DNA of 64,000 nt from an uncultured Roseburia sp. (GTDB lineage Bacteria; Bacillota; Clostridia; Lachnospirales; Lachnospiraceae). The translations under genes and the position numbers were made by a program. The notes under the pieces were generated by a model that searched no databases, was not told the origin of the DNA, and saw only the letters and a program-made list of their open reading frames with translations. The stretch spans positions 1,407-65,406 of the forward strand of contig CAMTDY010000001.1 in assembly GCA_947070915.1 (NCBI GenBank), read 5' to 3'. This document shows positions 36,383 to 46,959 of this stretch, piece by piece; the first letter of the stretch is position 1; each line of letters begins with the position of its first letter.

Positions 36383-39300
36383 ATGTCTGAAAATAAGAGA
36401 AGCAAAAAGACAATGGATGGAAATATGGCTGCGGCCCATGTTTCCTATGCCTTTACTGAGGCGGCCGCAATCTATCCGATCACACCGTCTTCGCCCATGG
36501 CAGATTATGTGGATCTGTGGGCAAATGAGGGTTTGAAAAACATATTTGGACAACCTGTGATGATGAGCGAGATGCAGTCAGAAGCGGGAGCGGCGGGAGC
36601 GCTTCACGGATCACTGCAGGCGGGAGCGCTGTCTACAACCTATACCGCTTCCCAGGGGCTTTTGTTGATGGTTCCCAACATGTATAAGATGGCAGGAGAA
36701 CTTTTGCCGGCGGTGATCCATGTATCCGCCAGGGCGCTGGCGAGCCATGCCCTTTCGATCTTTGGCGACCACTCGGATGTATATGCCTGCCGCCAGACAG
36801 GATTTGCCATGCTGTGTGCCGGTAATGTGCAGGAGGTAATGGATCTGGGAGCCGTGGCACATCTGGCCGCCATCGAGGGACGGGTTCCTTTTCTTCACTT
36901 CTTTGATGGGTTCCGCACCTCTCATGAAATCCAGAAGATCGAGGTGTGGGATTACAAGGATCTGAAGGAAATGTGTCCCATGGACGCGGTCCGTGAATAC
37001 CGGAAGAGGGCGCTGAACCCGAATCATCCGGTACAGCGTGGAACCGCCCAGAATCCGGATATCTTTTTCCAGGTACGGGAGGCATGCAATCCCTACTATG
37101 ACAGACTGCCACAGATCGTGGAAAAATATATGCAGAAAGTCAACGAGAAGGCAGGGACGGATTATAAACTTTTCAATTACTATGGCGATCTCGATGCAAA
37201 GAAAGTCATCATTGCCATGGGTTCGGTTTGTGACGCCACAGAGGAGACCATTGACTACCTGAGAGGAAAGGGAGAAAAGGTGGGACTGGTCAAGGTGCGC
37301 CTGTTCCGTCCTTTCAGTGCCGAACATTTGATCCAGGCGCTGCCGGCTACGGTGGAACAGATCACGGTATTAGACCGCAGCAAAGAGCCAGGGGCCCAGG
37401 GAGAGGCGCTGTATCTGGATGTGGTAGCGGCGCTGAAAGACAGCCGGTTCCAGAATGTACCGGTCTATGGCGGACGATATGGCCTTGGTTCCAAAGACAC
37501 CTATCCTTCCGATCTGCTGGCGGTATATCACAATGAGGCGAAGAAAAAATTTACCATCGGCATCGTGGATGATGTGACAAATCTTTCCCTGGAGCGCACC
37601 GAAAGCCCCCATACGGCGCCGGAAGGGACAACCAGCTGTAAGTTCTGGGGCATGGGTGCCGATGGAACGGTGGGTGCCAATAAAAATTCCATCAAAATCA
37701 TCGGAGATAACACCGATAAATATGTACAGGCATATTTTGACTACGACTCTAAGAAATCCGGTGGCGTAACCATTTCCCACCTGCGTTTTGGAGATCAGCC
37801 CATCAAGTCCTCCTATCTGATCGATAAAGCAGATTTTGTGGCCTGCCACATGCCGGCATATATCCGCAAATACCATATGGTCCAGGATCTCAAACCGAAG
37901 GGATCTTTCCTCCTGAACTGTGCCTGGAGTGCAGAAGAGTTAGAAGAGGCCCTTCCGGGACAGGTAAAACGCTATATTGCGGAAAATGACATTCACCTGT
38001 ATACCATCGACGGATTTAAACTGGGCAAGGAAATCGGTCTTGGGGGGCGAATCAATACCATCCTGCAGGCAGCATTTTTCGTTATATCTGGTATTATTCC
38101 GAAGGATGAGGCTATTGAGCACATGAAGACAGCGGCCAAGAAAACCTATTCCAAAAAGGGCGATGACATCGTGGAGATGAACTATCGTGCCATTGAAGCA
38201 GGGGCAGAAAAGTTTGTGGAGATACCCGTGCCGGAGAGCTGGAAACAGGCAGAAGAAGAGGATATTACCGACAAAATGAGCGGCGTCAATGACGACTTGA
38301 TGGAGTACGTTAATGATATCCAGAGCAAGATCAATTCCCAGCAGGGCAATGACCTGCCGGTGTCGGCATTTAAAAAATATGTGGACGGAACGGTGCCTCT
38401 TGGATCTGCGGCTTATGAAAAGCGTGGTGTGGGAATCGATGTACCCCGGTGGAATCCGGATGGATGTATCCAGTGTAATTTCTGTTCCTATGTCTGTCCT
38501 CATGCCTGCATCCGACCGCTAGCTCTGGACGAAGAGACGGAAAAGGAAGCGCCAGAGGGAACGATTACGGATATGAACGGCATCGAAGGTATGAAATTTG
38601 CTGTGACTATTTCCCCGCTGGATTGTACCGGATGCGGCAACTGCGCCAACGTATGTCCGGGAAATAAGCGCAATGACGTATTGAAGATGATTTCTGTGGA
38701 TGAGGGAATGTATCAGCAGAAACTCTTTGACTACGGTGTCAATATTAAGACGCCGGAGAAAGTGTTAGAAAAATTCAAAGTGGATACGGTGAAGGGAAGC
38801 CAGTTTAAGAAACCGCTTCTGGAGTTTTCCGGCGCCTGTGCCGGCTGCGGGGAGACCCAGTATGCCAAACTGGCGACCCAGATGTTTGGAGACCGCATGT
38901 ATATCGCTAATGCCACCGGTTGTTCTTCCATCTGGGGCGGATCATCTCCGGCATCTGCCTATACGGTGAACCACGACGGCGAAGGACCAGCATGGGCAAA
39001 TTCTCTCTTTGAAGACAATGCAGAGTTTGGCTTTGGTATGGAGCTGGCACAGAGAACCCTGCGCAATAAAGTGATCTCTGCTGTCAAAGAGCTGAGCGGC
39101 CAGTCGGTTTCCATCAGCGATAAGGCAAAGGAAAAGATGAGCGCATATCTGGAGACACTGGAAGACGGCTCAGCGAACAAAACGGCTACCAGGGAAATGC
39201 TGGAAGTGCTGGAGCAGGAGAAGATCTCTGGCGAGGCGGCGGAGACGATCTTAGAGTACCGGGATTTTGCGTCAAAGAAGTCCCAGTGGATTTTCGGCGG

Positions 39301-39919
39301 TGACGGATGGGCATATGATATCGGTTACGGTGGACTGGACCACGTGATTGCCAGTGGCCAGGACGTCAACATTCTCGTATTTGACACAGAGGTTTATTCC
39401 AATACTGGAGGGCAGGCATCCAAATCCACGCCGATGGGAGCCATCGCCCAGTTCGCGGCAGGTGGTAAGGAAATTAAGAAGAAAGATCTGGCAGCAGTGG
39501 CGATGAGCTATGGCTATGTGTATGTGGCACAGGTGGCCATGGGCGCGGATATGGCTCAGACGGTCAAGGCATTTGAGGAGGCAGAGCGCTATCCGGGCCC
39601 ATCTCTGATCATTGCCTATGCCCCGTGTATCAACCACGGAATCCGCATCGGCATGGGAAATTCCATGGATGAGGAGAAAAAGGCGGTGGAGACAGGATAC
39701 TGGCATCTGTTCCGTTTCAATCCGGAGCTGGCAGAGCAGGGCAAGAATCCATTTATCCTGGATTCCAGGGAACCGAAGGGAGGATTCCAGGAATTCCTTA
39801 TGGGCGAAGTGCGTTATAACCGCCTGATGCGGTCGGATCCGGAGCGGGCGAAGAGACTTTTTGAAAAAGCAGAAAAGGACGCAGCTGAGAAATACAAGAG
39901 ACTTGCACAAATGTCATAA
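36383..39919 (+). CDS. nifJ: Pyruvate:ferredoxin (flavodoxin) oxidoreductase, copy 2
   Basis: 1178 aa and collinear with copy 1, roughly two-thirds identical by eye. It has the same 4Fe-4S motifs ([13 protein letters not shown] and [12 protein letters not shown]) and TPP motif [16 protein letters not shown]. Confidence 0.95.
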   Translation: MSENKRSKKTMDGNMAAAHVSYAFTEAAAIYPITPSSPMADYVDLWANEGLKNIFGQPVMMSEMQSEAGAAGALHGSLQAGALSTTYTASQGLLLMVPNMYKMAGELLPAVIHVSARALASHALSIFGDHSDVYACRQTGFAMLCAGNVQEVMDLGAVAHLAAIEGRVPFLHFFDGFRTSHEIQKIEVWDYKDLKEMCPMDAVREYRKRALNPNHPVQRGTAQNPDIFFQVREACNPYYDRLPQIVEKYMQKVNEKAGTDYKLFNYYGDLDAKKVIIAMGSVCDATEETIDYLRGKGEKVGLVKVRLFRPFSAEHLIQALPATVEQITVLDRSKEPGAQGEALYLDVVAALKDSRFQNVPVYGGRYGLGSKDTYPSDLLAVYHNEAKKKFTIGIVDDVTNLSLERTESPHTAPEGTTSCKFWGMGADGTVGANKNSIKIIGDNTDKYVQAYFDYDSKKSGGVTISHLRFGDQPIKSSYLIDKADFVACHMPAYIRKYHMVQDLKPKGSFLLNCAWSAEELEEALPGQVKRYIAENDIHLYTIDGFKLGKEIGLGGRINTILQAAFFVISGIIPKDEAIEHMKTAAKKTYSKKGDDIVEMNYRAIEAGAEKFVEIPVPESWKQAEEEDITDKMSGVNDDLMEYVNDIQSKINSQQGNDLPVSAFKKYVDGTVPLGSAAYEKRGVGIDVPRWNPDGCIQCNFCSYVCPHACIRPLALDEETEKEAPEGTITDMNGIEGMKFAVTISPLDCTGCGNCANVCPGNKRNDVLKMISVDEGMYQQKLFDYGVNIKTPEKVLEKFKVDTVKGSQFKKPLLEFSGACAGCGETQYAKLATQMFGDRMYIANATGCSSIWGGSSPASAYTVNHDGEGPAWANSLFEDNAEFGFGMELAQRTLRNKVISAVKELSGQSVSISDKAKEKMSAYLETLEDGSANKTATREMLEVLEQEKISGEAAETILEYRDFASKKSQWIFGGDGWAYDIGYGGLDHVIASGQDVNILVFDTEVYSNTGGQASKSTPMGAIAQFAAGGKEIKKKDLAAVAMSYGYVYVAQVAMGADMAQTVKAFEEAERYPGPSLIIAYAPCINHGIRIGMGNSMDEEKKAVETGYWHLFRFNPELAEQGKNPFILDSREPKGGFQEFLMGEVRYNRLMRSDPERAKRLFEKAEKDAAEKYKRLAQMS

Positions 39920-40010
39920 ATCGTGTAAACTATGCATAAGAGAAATTTTGACAGCTGTCCCCGGCGAAAGCCGGGAACGGCTGCGTACATATTATATGGA
40001 GGAATTTGAA

Positions 40011-41402
40011 ATGGAACTTACAAGTATACGGAGCCTGTTCCGTAACAAAGATGAATACACTGGCAGGGAGGTTACTGTTGGCGGCTGGATACGAAGTATC
40101 CGGGATTCCAAGACTTTTGGTTTTATTGTGATCAACGATGGTACTTTTTTTGAGCCGCTGCAGGTGGTCTACAGTGACAAACTGGACAATTTTGACATCA
40201 TATCCAGACTGAATGTGGGAGCAGCCATTATCGTGAGAGGAACGCTGGTGGAGACGCCAAATGCCAAACAGCCATTTGAGATACAGGCAGAGAGCGTGGA
40301 AGTGGAGGGACCATCTACCGGGGAATACCCATTGCAGAAGAAGCGCCACAGCTTTGAATATCTGCGGACGATCTCCCACCTGAGACCGAGGACCAATACT
40401 TTTCAGGCTGTATTTCGTGTGCGCTCCCTGATCGCTTACGCGATCCATAAATTTTTCCAGGAACGGGAATTTGTTTATGTGCATACGCCGCTGATCACCG
40501 GCAGTGACTGTGAGGGCGCCGGGGAGATGTTCCGGGTGACGACGCTGGATCTGGAGAATCTGCCGAAGACGCCGGAGGGGAGCATCGACTATGCCCAGGA
40601 TTTCTTTGGAAAAGAGACCAACCTTACCGTAAGCGGCCAGCTCAACGGTGAAACCTTCGCCCAGGCGTTTAAAAATATTTATACCTTTGGACCGACATTC
40701 CGGGCGGAAAACTCCAATACCACCCGTCATGCCGCCGAGTTCTGGATGATTGAACCGGAAATCGCATTTGCCGATCTGAAGGATGATATGATGCTGGCGG
40801 AGAGCATGTTAAAGTATGTGATTCGTTATGTTCTGGATCATGCACCGGAGGAGATGAATTTCTTTAACAGTTTTGTGGACAAGGGACTCATTGACCGCCT
40901 TAAGCATGTAGAACAGTCGGAATTTGCCCATGTGACTTATACAGAAGCCATTGAGATCCTAGAAAAAAATAATGACCGTTTCGAGTATAAAGTATGCTGG
41001 GGGGCGGATCTCCAGACAGAACACGAGAGATATCTCACCGAAGAGGTGTATAAGCGCCCGGTATTTGTCACAGACTATCCGAAGGAGATCAAGGCGTTTT
41101 ATATGAAACTCAACGAGGATGGAAAAACTGTGGCGGCCATGGACTGTCTCGTTCCGGGCATCGGTGAGATCATCGGCGGCAGCCAGAGGGAGGATGACTA
41201 TGACAAACTGGTGAAGCGCATGGAGGAGTGCGGTCTGAACCAGGAGGATTATGAGTTCTATCTGGACCTGAGAAAATACGGTTCCACAAGGCATGCCGGA
41301 TTCGGTCTTGGTTTTGAGCGATGCGTGATGTATCTGACCGGCATGCAGAATATCCGCGATGTGGTTCCGTTCCCGAGAACGGTCAAAAACTGTGAACTTT
41401 AA
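40011..41402 (+). CDS. asnS: Asparagine--tRNA ligase
   Basis: 463 aa. The N-terminal OB fold is [24 protein letters not shown], with class II motifs [21 protein letters not shown] and [15 protein letters not shown] at 40011 follows GGAGG. Confidence 0.9.
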   Translation: MELTSIRSLFRNKDEYTGREVTVGGWIRSIRDSKTFGFIVINDGTFFEPLQVVYSDKLDNFDIISRLNVGAAIIVRGTLVETPNAKQPFEIQAESVEVEGPSTGEYPLQKKRHSFEYLRTISHLRPRTNTFQAVFRVRSLIAYAIHKFFQEREFVYVHTPLITGSDCEGAGEMFRVTTLDLENLPKTPEGSIDYAQDFFGKETNLTVSGQLNGETFAQAFKNIYTFGPTFRAENSNTTRHAAEFWMIEPEIAFADLKDDMMLAESMLKYVIRYVLDHAPEEMNFFNSFVDKGLIDRLKHVEQSEFAHVTYTEAIEILEKNNDRFEYKVCWGADLQTEHERYLTEEVYKRPVFVTDYPKEIKAFYMKLNEDGKTVAAMDCLVPGIGEIIGGSQREDDYDKLVKRMEECGLNQEDYEFYLDLRKYGSTRHAGFGLGFERCVMYLTGMQNIRDVVPFPRTVKNCEL

Positions 41403-41507
41403 GAGAAGGAAGAGCGAAAAGTAAACTTTCGCTCTGCAAGTTTGTGCGTGCACGCCCAAACTTGTGTGATGCACAAAAAGACGTGCGCAAAAATAAGGAG
41501 GAAGAAT

Positions 41508-42515
41508 ATGAATTTGCAAATACCAGAGAATTACCAGTCTCCATTGTCGATCCGGGAGACCGAGGAGGCAATTAAAAAAGTAAAAGATTTTTTTGAGAAA
41601 GCACTGGCGGTGAACCTGAACCTCACCAGGGTGTCAGCACCACTTTTTGTTGCGCCGGAGACGGGACTGAATGATGACCTGAACGGCGTAGAGCGTCCAG
41701 TGGCTTTCGGTATCCGGGAGCAGGAGGAGAGAGAGGTGGAGATCGTCCATTCTCTCGCTAAATGGAAACGCCATGCATTAAAACGCTATGGTTTTGAAAA
41801 GGGAGAAGGGCTGTATACAGATATGAATGCCATCCGCCGGGATGAGGACACGGACAACGTTCATTCTATTTTTGTGGACCAGTGGGACTGGGAGCGGATC
41901 ATTGATCCCTCCGAGCGAAATATCGACACCTTAAAGGCCATTGTAAAGAAAGTATATCAGTCTCTGGAGGAGACCGAGGACTACATGTCCATCAAATATC
42001 CTTACATAAAGAAGTCGCTGCCCCAGAATATTACCTTTATTTCCACTCAGGAGCTGGAGGACCAGTATCCGGATCAGTCACCAAAGGAGAGGGAATATCT
42101 TGCGGCAAAAGAACACGGCGCCATTTTCCTGATGCAGATCGGAGATAAGCTGGCTTCCGGAGAGCCCCATGACGGCAGGGCGCCGGATTATGACGACTGG
42201 TCGCTGAACGGGGATATCATTGTATATTATCCGGTGCTGGATATAGCTTTGGAGCTCTCTTCCATGGGGATCCGTGTGGATGAAAAAGCGCTGAAGGACC
42301 AGCTGGCGAAAGCGGGCTGCGAAGAGCGCAGCAAACTGCCTTTCCAGAAGGAGATTCTGGAGGGAACACTTCCCTATACCATCGGGGGAGGGATCGGGCA
42401 GTCCAGGATCTGTATGTTCTTTCTGAAAAAGGCCCATATTGGAGAGGTTCAGTCCTCCATCTGGCCGGAAGAGATTATGAAAGAGGCAGAAGAAAAAGGA
42501 CTTCAGATACTATAA
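41508..42515 (+). CDS. asnA: Aspartate--ammonia ligase
   Basis: 335 aa. Shows LSIRETEEAIKKVKDFFE, LTRVSAPLFV and GLNDDLNGVERPV, which are typical of AsnA. Confidence 0.9.
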   Translation: MNLQIPENYQSPLSIRETEEAIKKVKDFFEKALAVNLNLTRVSAPLFVAPETGLNDDLNGVERPVAFGIREQEEREVEIVHSLAKWKRHALKRYGFEKGEGLYTDMNAIRRDEDTDNVHSIFVDQWDWERIIDPSERNIDTLKAIVKKVYQSLEETEDYMSIKYPYIKKSLPQNITFISTQELEDQYPDQSPKEREYLAAKEHGAIFLMQIGDKLASGEPHDGRAPDYDDWSLNGDIIVYYPVLDIALELSSMGIRVDEKALKDQLAKAGCEERSKLPFQKEILEGTLPYTIGGGIGQSRICMFFLKKAHIGEVQSSIWPEEIMKEAEEKGLQIL

Positions 42516-42537
42516 TACGCAGAGAATGGAGGAAATC

Positions 42538-43716
42538 ATGGAAAACTTTACGTTTTATGCACCTACTTATTTTGATTTCGGAAAAGGAGCAGAACAGCAT
42601 GTGGGAGAGCTGGTCCGCAGGTTTGGCGGAAACAAGGTGCTCTTTCATTACGGGGGCGGCTCCATTAAAAGATCTGGTCTCTATGATACCGTTAAGAAAT
42701 GTCTGGAAGCAGAGGGCATTGCTTATGTAGAGCTTGGCGGCGTCAAACCCAATCCCCGCAGCGGGCTTGTGTACGAAGGGATCGAACTCTGCCGGAGAGA
42801 GGGCGTGGACTTTATACTGGCTGTGGGCGGCGGGAGTGTCATCGATTCTTCTAAGGCCATTGCCGCTGGGTGCTGCTACGACGGAGACTTCTGGGACTTT
42901 TATTCTGGAAAAGCAAAGATCCAGCAGGCGCTTCCTGTGGGGACGATCCTCACCATTGCGGCGGCGGGTTCTGAGGGTTCTACCAACACGGTGATCACAA
43001 ATGAGGAGACGGGGTATAAAAAAGGGGCCGGCTCCGATGTGCTGCGCCCGAAGTTTTCCATATTGAATCCGGAATTCACCTGCTCCCTGCCGCCCTATCA
43101 GACGGCGGCGGGGGCTACCGATATTATGATTCATATATGCGAGCGGTATTTTTCCAATACCGAAGAGGTGGAGATCACCGACAGGCTCTGTGAGGCGGTG
43201 TTAAAGACGATGATCCACGAGGCGCCGCGGGTGATCGAAGATCCCCAGAACTACGATGCCAGGGCCAATATCATGTGGGCGGGAATGCTTGCCCACAATA
43301 ATGTGTGCGGTGTGGGCAGGGTACAGGACTGGGCGAGCCACCATATCGAGCACGAGCTCTCGGCGCTCTATGATGTAACCCATGGTGCAGGGCTGGCGGT
43401 GATCGCTCCTGCCTGGATGCGGTATGTACTGAAGACCAATCCTCACAAGCTGGTTCAGTTTGCTGAGCGGGTGTGGGATATCGAGCCCCAGGAGAATGAC
43501 GAGAAGACCGCTTTGAAGGGCATAGAGGCCTTTGAGCGCTTTTTGAAGAACATCGGCATGCCGCTGACCTTTGCAGAGATCGGAGCCGATGAAAAAGATG
43601 CGGAGCTTATGACCAGTAAGCTTCTGAGCACAAAGGATACCGAGGGAAATTATGTGAAGCTCCGGGCAGAGGATGTCATGAAGATTTATCATTATGCGGC
43701 GACAGGAGAGATGTAG
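42538..43716 (+). CDS. Iron-containing alcohol dehydrogenase (butanol dehydrogenase/YqhD-like)
   Basis: Shows FYAPTYFDFGKGAE, GGGSVIDSSKAIA and the metal-binding His cluster HHIEHELSALYDVTHGAGLA. Confidence 0.85.
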   Translation: MENFTFYAPTYFDFGKGAEQHVGELVRRFGGNKVLFHYGGGSIKRSGLYDTVKKCLEAEGIAYVELGGVKPNPRSGLVYEGIELCRREGVDFILAVGGGSVIDSSKAIAAGCCYDGDFWDFYSGKAKIQQALPVGTILTIAAAGSEGSTNTVITNEETGYKKGAGSDVLRPKFSILNPEFTCSLPPYQTAAGATDIMIHICERYFSNTEEVEITDRLCEAVLKTMIHEAPRVIEDPQNYDARANIMWAGMLAHNNVCGVGRVQDWASHHIEHELSALYDVTHGAGLAVIAPAWMRYVLKTNPHKLVQFAERVWDIEPQENDEKTALKGIEAFERFLKNIGMPLTFAEIGADEKDAELMTSKLLSTKDTEGNYVKLRAEDVMKIYHYAATGEM

Positions 43717-44514
43717 ATGCGTGACCAGAATGAATTTATGAGGCAGATGCTTGAACTGGTGGATCTGGCAAAGGCACAGGAGAGCCGGATCACCAAAGAC
43801 CAGGTCAGAGATTTCTGCAGTGACCTGGATCTGACGGCGCCGCAGCTGAAGCTGGTATATGATTTTCTGGACGAGCACAACATCGAGGTGGCAGGACATT
43901 CCTCCCGGAAACATGGTGGAAAAGCTGCTTCCCAGGGAGCGGGATTTGAGGCTGGGGACGGTGAACTCCAGGAATCGGATCTGAATACAGAAGACTCAAA
44001 ATATCTCCGTATCTACCGGCGGGAACTGCGGGAGCTGCCGGAACTGTCCAGGGAGGAGAAAGAGGATCTCTACAGGAGGCTTTTGTCCGGCGATGCCAGT
44101 GTGCAGCATAAGGTGATCGAATCCTTCCTCAAGCGTGTTGTCACCCTGGCGGGGAAATATAAAAACCGCGGGGTACCTTTGGAGGATCTGATCCAGGAGG
44201 GAAACCTGGCGCTGATCACGACGGTGGACATGCTCTGTGGCAATTCTGATATTTCCGATGTAAAAAAAGAACTGGAGCGCAGCGTAAGAGGGCGCATGAT
44301 CGAGCTGGCGGACAGCCAGTTAGAAAGCCGGGGGCAGGAAAATACGATCCTGGCGAAGACAAACCTGATCCATGAGGCGACAAAAGTACTTGCCGAAGAA
44401 TGGGGAAGGCTTGCCACGGTGGCAGAGCTGGCAGAATATACCAGGATGACAGAGGAAGAGATACGGATGTATGTGGAACTTTCCATGGAGGAGATCAAAG
44501 TGGGAAAGGACTGA
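43717..44514 (+). CDS. Degenerate RpoD-like protein (sigma regions 1.1, 1.2, 2.1-2.2 and 3.0/3.1 only)
   Basis: Carries YLRIYRRELRELPELSREEKEDLYRRLLSGD (region 1.2) and VIESFLKRVVTLAGKYKNRGVPLEDLIQEGNLALI (regions 2.1/2.2). The aromatic 2.3/2.4 block is absent. The ORF stops after a region-3-like HTH, so there is no region 4. Confidence 0.6.
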   Translation: MRDQNEFMRQMLELVDLAKAQESRITKDQVRDFCSDLDLTAPQLKLVYDFLDEHNIEVAGHSSRKHGGKAASQGAGFEAGDGELQESDLNTEDSKYLRIYRRELRELPELSREEKEDLYRRLLSGDASVQHKVIESFLKRVVTLAGKYKNRGVPLEDLIQEGNLALITTVDMLCGNSDISDVKKELERSVRGRMIELADSQLESRGQENTILAKTNLIHEATKVLAEEWGRLATVAELAEYTRMTEEEIRMYVELSMEEIKVGKD

Positions 44515-44572
44515 CCGCCTGCAAAGATCTCGATGACGATGAATAAAAGAATCAGTGAAGCTGATTCTTGCG

Positions 44573-44603
44573 AGGTGCGCGCTTTTCAGCCGCACCTTTT
44601 TTA
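44573..44603 (+). terminator. Rho-independent terminator after the sigma-like gene
   Basis: Stem AGGTGCG/CGCACCT followed by TTTTTT. A second hairpin AAGAATCAG/CTGATTCTT precedes it at 44547-44569. Confidence 0.75.
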
Positions 44604-44609
44604 TATTCT

Positions 44610-44680
44610 ACAAATATAGTCTAACCACATGATATAGTATTTTGTTTATAAATATCAAGAAAAAATTACAAGATATAGTG
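44610..44680. promoter_or_regulatory. Three NrdR-box-like repeats (ACA-n1-2-ATATAGT) upstream of nrdD
   Basis: ACAAATATAGT at 44610-44620, ACATGATATAGT at 44627-44638 and ACAAGATATAGTG at 44668-44680. They resemble the NrdR box consensus acaCwAtATaTwGtgt, and the third overlaps the -35. Confidence 0.5.
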
Positions 44681-44707
44681 GACATCCCATCCTATTAGTG
44701 ATATAAT
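44679..44707 (+). promoter_or_regulatory. nrdDG promoter (TGGACA-17-TATAAT with extended TG)
   Basis: TGGACA at 44679-44684, a 17-nt spacer, then TGATATAAT at 44699-44707. Confidence 0.55.
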
Positions 44708-44764
44708 CACTAATGTTCGGTATTGAGATTATCAGAGTAGTGTTGAAAGGCAGGGGATATTAAG

Positions 44765-46891
44765 GTGAAGGTGATCAAGCGGGACGGGCGCGTGGTGGAC
44801 TATGACCGCAATAAAATTCTGGTGGCGGTCAGAAAGGCGAATGCAGAAGTAGAGCCTTTTGAAAAGGTATCAGAGGATGATTTGGATGGCATTATCGCCA
44901 GCATTGAGAATGCGGGGCGGGAGACCATGCAGGTCGAGGATATCCAGGATATGATCGAGCAGAAGCTGATGGCGGCTGGAAAATTTGTGCTGGCCAAGAC
45001 CTATATCATCTATCGCTATACGCGGGAACTGGTGAGAAAGGCAAATACGACGGATGATTCCATCATGAGCCTGATCCAGAACAGCAATAAGGACGTTATG
45101 GAGGAAAATTCCAATAAAAATGCCTACATTGCATCCACCCAGAGGGATCTGATCGCGGGGGAGGTATCGAAGGATCTGACAAAACGGGTTCTGCTTCCGG
45201 AAAAGATCGTGAGGGCACATGAAGAAGGAGTTCTTCATTTTCATGATATGGATTATTTTGTACAGCCGATCTTTAACTGTTGCCTGATCAATATAGGGGA
45301 CATGCTGGAAAATGGAACCGTCATGAATGGAAAGCTCATAGAAAGCCCCAAGAGTTTTCAGGTGGCGTGTACCGTTGTGACCCAGGTCATCGCCGCGGTG
45401 GCCAGCAGCCAGTATGGCGGCCAGTCTGTTGACATACGCCATCTGGGAAAATACCTGCGGAAAAGTGCCGATAAGTACCGCCAGCGGTATCAGGAAAAGT
45501 TTGGGGATACGTTAGATGAGGCGACGATCGGGACCATGGTGGAAGAGCGTGTGCAGGATGAGCTCCGCTCTGGTGTCCAGACGATCCAGTATCAGATCAA
45601 TACGCTGATGACCACCAACGGACAGTCCCCCTTTGTAACCCTTTTCCTGAATCTGGATAAGGATGATGAATACATAGAAGAAAATGCAAAGATTGTTGAA
45701 GAAGTTCTCCGCCAGAGGCTGGAAGGGATCAAAAATGAAAAAGGTGTATATGTCACGCCGGCATTTCCCAAGCTGATCTATGTTCTGGACGAGCACAACT
45801 GTCTCAAGGGTGGAAAATACGATTATATTACGAGACTGGCGGTAAAATGTTCAGCTAAAAGGCTTTATCCCGATTATATTTCCGCAAAAAAAATGAGGGA
45901 GAATTATGAGGGAAATGTATTCAGCTGCATGGGATGCCGCAGCTTTCTTTCCACCTGGCAGGATGACCAGGGAAATTATAAATGGGAGGGGCGCTTTAAC
46001 CAGGGAGTTGTCAGCCTGAACCTTCCCCAGATCGGGATCATGGCAAAAGAAAACGAAGAATACTTCTGGCAGCTGCTGGAGGAGAGGCTTTCTCTCTGTT
46101 TTGAGGCGCTGATGTGCCGCCATTCTGCCCTGGAGGGAGTGACCTCCGACGTCAGCCCGATCCACTGGCAGTACGGGGCGATTGCAAGACTGGAAAAGGG
46201 AGAAAAGATTGACAAGCTGCTGCATGACGGATATTCGACGATCTCCCTCGGATATATTGGTCTGTATGAGGTGACAAAACTGATGACCGGGGAGAGCCAT
46301 ACTACAGAAAAGGGAAGCAAGTTCGCTCTTAAGGTGATGAACCGCCTGCGCCGCGCCACCGATACCTGGAAGGAAGAGACCGGTCTCGGCTTTGGACTCT
46401 ATGGCACGCCGGCAGAATCCCTGTGTTATCGCTTCGCTGAGATTGATAAGAAGCGTTTTGGCGTGATCAAGGATATTACCGACAAGGGATATTATACCAA
46501 TTCCTATCATGTGGATGTCCGCGAGAAGATCGACGTATTCAGTAAATTTACTTTTGAGAGCCAGTTTCAGACGATTTCCTCCGGAGGCGCCATCTCCTAT
46601 GTGGAGATCCCCAACATGCAGCACAATCTGCCGGCTCTCGAAGAAATTGTAAAATTTATCTACGATAACATACAGTATGCGGAGTTTAATACAAAATCCG
46701 ATTATTGCCATGTATGCGGTTTTGACGGAGAGATCGTGATCAATGAAGACCTCGTATGGGAGTGTCCGAACTGTGGCAACCAGGATCATAATAAAATGAA
46801 TGTGACCAGGAGAACCTGTGGTTATCTCGGGGAAAATTTCTGGAATGTGGGCAAGACCAAGGAGATCAATTCCAGGGTTCTGCACATTTAA
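44765..46891 (+). CDS. nrdD: Anaerobic ribonucleoside-triphosphate reductase
   Basis: ATP-cone N-terminus VIKRDGRVVDYDRNKI, C-terminal Zn ribbon CHVCGF...CPNCG and glycyl-radical motif RRTCGYLG. Confidence 0.95.
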   Translation: MKVIKRDGRVVDYDRNKILVAVRKANAEVEPFEKVSEDDLDGIIASIENAGRETMQVEDIQDMIEQKLMAAGKFVLAKTYIIYRYTRELVRKANTTDDSIMSLIQNSNKDVMEENSNKNAYIASTQRDLIAGEVSKDLTKRVLLPEKIVRAHEEGVLHFHDMDYFVQPIFNCCLINIGDMLENGTVMNGKLIESPKSFQVACTVVTQVIAAVASSQYGGQSVDIRHLGKYLRKSADKYRQRYQEKFGDTLDEATIGTMVEERVQDELRSGVQTIQYQINTLMTTNGQSPFVTLFLNLDKDDEYIEENAKIVEEVLRQRLEGIKNEKGVYVTPAFPKLIYVLDEHNCLKGGKYDYITRLAVKCSAKRLYPDYISAKKMRENYEGNVFSCMGCRSFLSTWQDDQGNYKWEGRFNQGVVSLNLPQIGIMAKENEEYFWQLLEERLSLCFEALMCRHSALEGVTSDVSPIHWQYGAIARLEKGEKIDKLLHDGYSTISLGYIGLYEVTKLMTGESHTTEKGSKFALKVMNRLRRATDTWKEETGLGFGLYGTPAESLCYRFAEIDKKRFGVIKDITDKGYYTNSYHVDVREKIDVFSKFTFESQFQTISSGGAISYVEIPNMQHNLPALEEIVKFIYDNIQYAEFNTKSDYCHVCGFDGEIVINEDLVWECPNCGNQDHNKMNVTRRTCGYLGENFWNVGKTKEINSRVLHI

Positions 46892-46959
46892 CCAAAAGTT
46901 CCGTCAGACCGGTCCCGTGGCGGCAGATGGCGCCGCCGGGCTGAGAAAGGGAAAATAAA

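Noticed and set aside
39920-40010. T-box leader upstream of asnS (and similarly upstream of hisB at 55925-56081)
   Set aside because: The spacers are only about 90 and 157 nt. I found no specifier loop plus conserved T-box sequence (AAnnnGGGTGGTACCGCG-like). The GGTGGGAAGGCGC string near 55968 is only a weak resemblance.
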